DNA of 64,000 bases. Origin: Octopus vulgaris (Eukaryota). The translations under genes and the position numbers were made by a program. Below the pieces are notes generated by a model. It made no database searches. It had not been told where the DNA came from and saw only the letters and a program-made list of their open reading frames with translations. How positions within the stretch are numbered: the first letter of the stretch is position 1; every line of letters begins with the position of its first letter. Below, piece by piece: positions 59,195 to 64,000 of this stretch. The DNA lies in assembly GCA_951406725.2 (NCBI GenBank), contig OX597823.1, positions 28,892,001-28,956,000 of the forward strand, read 5' to 3'.

Positions 59195-59323
59195 TTCTCT
59201 GTTTATTTCTGTGTTCCTTTCTGTCGAAGAGCGTAGGCTCGAAACGTAAAAGATTTTCTCACTAATACATCCGTTTGTTGTTTACACACTATTTGTCTTT
59301 GGATTTTTTTTTTGTAAATTCCA

Positions 59324-59325
<2 letters not shown>
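59190..59325 (+). mobile_element. Family H short element with a hammerhead-like motif
   Basis: Homologous to 41070-41235 and 61335-61455; flanked by (TA)n. Confidence 0.75.
59217..59252 (+). ncRNA. Candidate minimal type I hammerhead ribozyme with variant core
   Basis: cuuu-CUGUCGA-A-[GAGC guag GCUC]-GAAAC-GUA-aaag: stem I (cuuu/aaag), stem II, GAAAC and an NUH triplet are all present; U replaces the conserved A6. Confidence 0.55.
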
Positions 59326-59388
<63 letters not shown>

Positions 59389-59476
59389 TTCCCTTCTTTC
59401 CTGAGCGTCAAATAATACTTTAATTGTTCCACGTCCTCGCGTTGCTGTGTTTTTTTCTGTGTTTTCTTGTTTGGAT

Positions 59477-59508
<32 letters not shown>

Positions 59509-59771
59509 GGTATATGTACATATGTGAAAATATATATAAGTATACATATGTGCATGTTTATACATAAACCCGCACACACACACATACACACACAGATAGG
59601 TGTGCAGGAGTGAATGCGTGATAAGTAAATTGCTTACAAATTACATAATTCCGGGTTCAGTCTCACTGCGTGGTACCTTGGTCAAGGGTCTTCTACTATA
59701 GCCTTGGGCCGACCAAAGAGTGGATTTGGTAGAAGGAAACTGAAAAGTAGCCCGTCGTTATATATATAAGT

Positions 59772-60105
59772 GGTGACCCCCATCGGTCAGACACTGACCA
59801 TGGGTTTGCACCTAGAGAGTTACCCTCTGAGGCACAAGTCTGGGCAAGGTTGTTTTATGGAAGACCAGCAGTCGGCCATGCATACCGGCCTCCCTCTCCA
59901 CGTCACCGATGTTGTCCAAGGGAAAGGCAAGGGCCGATACAGCTTGGCACCTGTGACGTCGCAACTCATTTCTACAGCTGAGTGAACTGAGCAACGTGAA
60001 ATAAAGTGTCTTGCTCAAGAACACAACACGCAGCCCGGTCCGGGATTCGAGCTCACAACCTCACGATCGTAAGCTCGACGCTCTAACCACTGAGCCACGC
60101 GCCTT

Positions 60106-60107
<2 letters not shown>
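59772..60107 (-). mobile_element. SINE family C, well-preserved full-length copy
   Basis: Minus strand GGCGCGTGGCTCAGTGGTTAGAGCGTC (A box)...GAGCTCGAATCCC (B box), then CORE-like TGTGTTCTTGAGCAAGACACTTTATTTCACGTTGCTCAGTTCACTCAGCTGTAGAAATGAGT. Confidence 0.93.
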
Positions 60108-60194
<87 letters not shown>

Positions 60195-60242
60195 GAAGGC
60201 GCGTGGCTCAGTGGTTAGAGCGTCGAGCTTACGATCGTGCGG

Positions 60243-60283
<41 letters not shown>

Positions 60284-60403
60284 TGAGTGTTTGTATTCGT
60301 CCACCCACAGTAAAATTAACCGATGTTGGCGTGTTTACGTCTCCGTAACTCTGCGATCCGAAACAAGATTGTCCGATAGAATAAGTACTAGCAAAGAATA
60401 ATT

Positions 60404-60639
60404 CAGTTCTATATTTAAGAGATGAGGAATTATGTACATTATTTACATATTTACATTATTTACGTTTGATGGATAATTGTCCTCAACTTTCTTGTTGTTA
60501 ACACAACGTTTGGCTGATAAACCTCCAACCCTCCAACACTGATCAGCCTGGTGAAGGCTGGAGAGTGTATCAGCCGAAACTTTGTTTTAGCAACAAATAA
60601 GATGAGGACAAATATCCGTCAAATGTAAATAATATACAT
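60404..60639. mobile_element. Palindromic non-autonomous element (inverted Penelope-terminal-repeat-like dimer) with a hammerhead motif
   Basis: Imperfect inverted arms of about 75 bp (60453-60527 / 60559-60639); plus strand CTGGTGA-A-GGCTG...CAGCC-GAAAC at 60548-60580. Confidence 0.75.
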
Positions 60640-60745
60640 GAAGTTAAAAAAGAATAAGTCCTGAGGGCGATTTGTTCGGCTAAATGCGGTGCTCCAGCAT
60701 GGCTGCAGTCAAATGAATGAAACAACTAAAATAATACGAGGAAAA

Positions 60746-60803
<58 letters not shown>

Positions 60804-60819
60804 CAAATAAGTTATACGG

Positions 60820-60970
60820 ATGTCCAGGTATTAGTGCACGATTCATAAGCGTCCGAGGATAGCGTAACTCGAAACGTCAAAGTGTTTTCGCTTCTTCCCG
60901 AGAGTTAAACTAATATACCTGCTTGTTGTTCCTTCAACTGTCTTCGTTCGTTGTTTTATTAAAGTTGAAC
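60820..60970 (+). mobile_element. Family H-related short element with a hammerhead-like motif
   Basis: CCGAGGA-TAG.cgtaa.CTC-GAAAC-GTC followed by CCGAGAGTTAAACTAATA.ACCTGCTTGTTGTTCCTTCA.CTGTCTTCGTT, shared with 61335-61400. Confidence 0.7.
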
Positions 60971-61035
<65 letters not shown>

Positions 61036-61244
61036 TTATACACACACGCATATATATATACATGTAGATATATATATACATATATACATACATATAAATA
61101 TATACATGTATATATACTCACATATATATTATATATACACACACAAATACACACAAATATATATATATATATTATATACAGACACAAATAACATATATAT
61201 GTATGTATACATACACACATATATATATATATATATATAGAGAG

Positions 61245-61332
<88 letters not shown>

Positions 61333-61334
61333 CA

Positions 61335-61455
61335 AATTCACATAAAACAACGAAGACAGGTGAAGGAACAACAAGCAGGTGTATTAGTTTAACACTCAGG
61401 AAGAATCGAAAAGTCTCCGACGTTACAAGCCTACGCTCTTCGACAGAATGATCTG
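61335..61455 (-). mobile_element. Family H short element
   Basis: Minus strand CTGTCGA-A-GAGCGTAGGCTT-GTAAC-GTC...CCTGAGTGTTAAACTAATACACCTGCTTGTTGTTCCTTCACCTGTCTTCGTT. Confidence 0.75.
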
Positions 61456-61601
61456 CGAAACGAAGCTTCTTAGTCAGATGTAAAAAAAAAATGGGACACT
61501 TGGTTTAGCATTCGAATTTACGACATTAAAATCATGAGCGTAACACACCAATCACTGGACCACAAACATAGGTTAGGTTAAACAGCGTATCTGCGCTTTC
61601 C

Positions 61602-61830
61602 TGTGTGTATGTGTGCGTGTGTGTGTTTCTTGGCATTTCTCCCCCACTACCACCACCACCGCGTCACAACTGGTTGGTTTGTTTACATCATCGTAGCAGC
61701 GGTTTCGCAAAAAAAATAATTCTTTAATTGCCGCACTTAAAATAAAGTCCTGGAGTCGATTTGGATACTACAGTGCCTTGCACCAGCATGGTCGCAGTCC
61801 AGCGGCTGAAACGAGTAAAGGAGTAAACGT
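61602..61830 (+). mobile_element. Old SINE-B 3' half; locally duplicated at 62442-62650
   Basis: TTTCTTGGCATTTCTCCC...ACTGGTTGGTTTGTTTAC.TCATC...GCAGCGGTTTCGCAAAAA...AATAAAGTCCTGGAGT.GATTTGGA.ACTACAG is present twice. Confidence 0.8.
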
Positions 61831-62799
61831 GTACGTCTTGTACAGGACAAAATTATGAAAAAAAAAAATTCCACTGCAGCCAAAATCTGTTGGAAATGAG
61901 TATAGTACCAATACTATATCGACTTGAAGGATGGTGAGAATTTGATGTTATATCGATCAGGTTATTCGGCAAAGTATTTCGAAATAGAAAATAAATTACA
62001 GTTGCATCCTAGAAATTATATAAACCAATATAAAAAGCATTCTAATAATTTCCTTAATTTTTTAGTAATTTTCTTTTTTACCGAAATTATTTTTCAGTCG
62101 AACGATTCCATCTGCAAATCACACTATTGATTTCTCACATAAGCATAATGTCTCCCGTTTTGCTGGAGAAGGAAACAGCTGATTATATTGATCCCAGTAC
62201 TTGAGGCCTACTTCTTGCATCGACTTTGGCAGGGACAACAAGGAATATTAAGCCCCCAGCAGGATTTGAACTTAAAATGCAATGGGACGTAAGGAAATAC
62301 GACATATTTAAAAAAATTTTTTTCTTTTGTTTTCTGCTGAGAATAAATATGCGCAAGTGTTGAAAATATATTTTCTTGGTATCCACCATTCCATATGAAT
62401 ATATATGTTCATATGTGTGCACGTAAATATATACATTCTACATGTGTGTGTGTGTGTGTGTGTGCGTGTGTGTGCGTGTGTGTTTCTTGGCATTTCTCCC
62501 TCACTACCACTTCCAGCACCACCACCACCACTTCAGAACTGGTTGGTTTGTTTACGTCATCATTGCAGCGGTTTCGCAAAAAGATAGAGTAATTCTTTAA
62601 TTACCACACTTGAAATAAAGTCCTGGAGTTGATTTGGACACTACAGACCGTTGCACACAACACAGACACTCACACACACACACACACACATACACACACA
62701 CACACACACAAATACATTTGAGTCGTTTGTAGTCCAAAAAAAGACAATTTTATAATTCCTTGCTGACCAGCCTGTACTAAAGATTTGTTTATAGTGATC

Positions 62800-62985
62800 A
62801 AATGTTTGAGCGGTACATTAGCTCACTTCCTCCATCAAATTGACTTTACCGGAACAAATGCACGGTGTACTGCGCGTCAGAAGTCGAAGTGGCTGCAGAG
62901 CAACGTGTGATGTTCCAGTATTTAAACCATGATCTCCTGATTGTGAATGCAACAACCTAACCACAATTCAACGCTCTTGGCACGC
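62800..62985 (-). mobile_element. SINE family C-like, very diverged
   Basis: GAGCAACGTG...TTTAAACCATGATCTCCTGATTGTGAATGCAACAACCTAACCAC. Confidence 0.5.
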
Positions 62986-63009
62986 AGTATATGTATTGTT
63001 TAACACTTT

Positions 63010-64000
63010 GACTCAGCTCCATGCGACTTTCGTATGTTCGTTGGACGACAAACCTATATCGTCAGGTATACAAAGGAGAGTAAAGTGACTCGAAACATTC
63101 AAGAGGGTTTCCTGATGATAAGTCTCTTATTGGACAACTCAGATTATATGGCGACACCAGTTCTCTTCGTCCTTTCTGAGGTCCACCTGCTCGAAGATGA
63201 TGATAGTATGTAGCCGTCCCCGCTATGTCTGTTAGCCGTGTTATGGCGTATTTAGCGACATCAATTCATTGCATTTCATACTATATAGGATGGGGGTCGT
63301 GGCGGATTAGTTTGCTTGGTGGACGATAAATAGAAAATATTATATAATGTAATGGTATTAGCCTTTGCATGGGTGTTTTTGGATTAAAATTTGTCGGTGA
63401 TATGGTAAAAATTCAGGCTTGGTGGTCAACATTGGCAGGGCTGTAGTCTATACAGGTGGCAGGGTTTAAGTGCCTTGCTCTTGTGTATGGAGCAGCTAGG
63501 TCTAATATGACTTTAAGTTCATTAACCAGGCGTATCACTGGTGGTAACAATAAGATAGTTCAAGTGGAATATGTATAGTCTGTCGGGAAGACAAAGTTGG
63601 CAGCGGCGAGCTCAAAATGAATAAAAGGTGGTTGTCAATGATATTCCATTTGATGTTGGGGAAGTCGCCTCGATGGTCGCGAGGTTTCCAGATGCAACGG
63701 AAAAGGTAGACGGAGTTTATACTCTCCTTTCACCTTAAGGAGTACATATGGCTATCATACTTGTGCAGCGTCTTGTAACGCCATCGCTGGTGCGAGGGTG
63801 ACTCTGTAGACTGCAACACAGCGAGGCAGTGCCCTCTCAATAAATAGTTGGTAGGATTTCGGAAGTTACAAGTTGAGGTTGGATTGGAGATTGTGTAGGT
63901 GTGTGTTTGCGTCAATTGTAGAATACTAGAAATGTTGTTGTCTAGGCAGGAATAACTGCCCTTAACATTCTGGGAGTTCAATAGTTTATAATATGAACTG
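63010..64000 (-). pseudogene. Decayed Penelope-like element 3' region: RT-EN linker, C-terminal GIY-YIG endonuclease and 3' terminal region; runs off the window edge
   Basis: Minus-strand peptides LLNSQNVKGSYSCLDN (FN...VK.SYSC..N), TCNFRNPTNYLLRGHCL (CNCR....CPL.G.CL), NSVYLFRCIWKPRD...PNIKWNII and ARRCQLCLPDRLYI (RC.LCL.EK..I). The CxC..C / W / CxxC pattern resembles Hydra-clade PLEs (from recall). Confidence 0.85.

Larger units (their letters stand above)
59604..60750 (+). mobile_element. SINE family B copy split in three by nested insertions (about 59604-59768, 60280-60401, 60640-60750)
   Basis: Head, middle and tail segments align in order to 37488-37873. Confidence 0.85.

Noticed and set aside
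60030-60107. Apparent tRNA gene on the minus strand
   Set aside because: It is the head of a SINE-C, followed directly by the CORE-like domain; the acceptor stem does not close.

Overview
AT-rich, repeat-saturated animal genomic DNA, intergenic or intronic. It is most likely from an octopod cephalopod; this is inferred from recognising three tRNA-headed SINE families from memory, not from a search. No intact protein-coding gene is supported: nearly all long ORFs are translations of microsatellites. The window holds dozens of copies of three SINE families (called A, B and C here) and two further unclassified dispersed repeats. It also holds decayed retroelements (a CR1/L2-group RT, a Tx1/L1-clade 3' half, an RTE-derived deletion derivative and three Penelope-like fragments), a mariner 3' fragment, a Helentron-type non-autonomous element, a possible Harbinger-type MITE, and very large micro/minisatellite fields. 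Four signals stand out. (1) A short repeat family carries a minimal hammerhead-ribozyme fold with a shared non-canonical CUGU(C/G)GA core, and other hammerhead-like motifs include a palindromic one. (2) SINE-A shares its 3' tail with a Tx1/L1-clade LINE present in the window. (3) There are several local fold-back or inverted duplications. (4) Several elements are nested inside one another at 59.6-60.75 kb. Most repeat boundaries are approximate.
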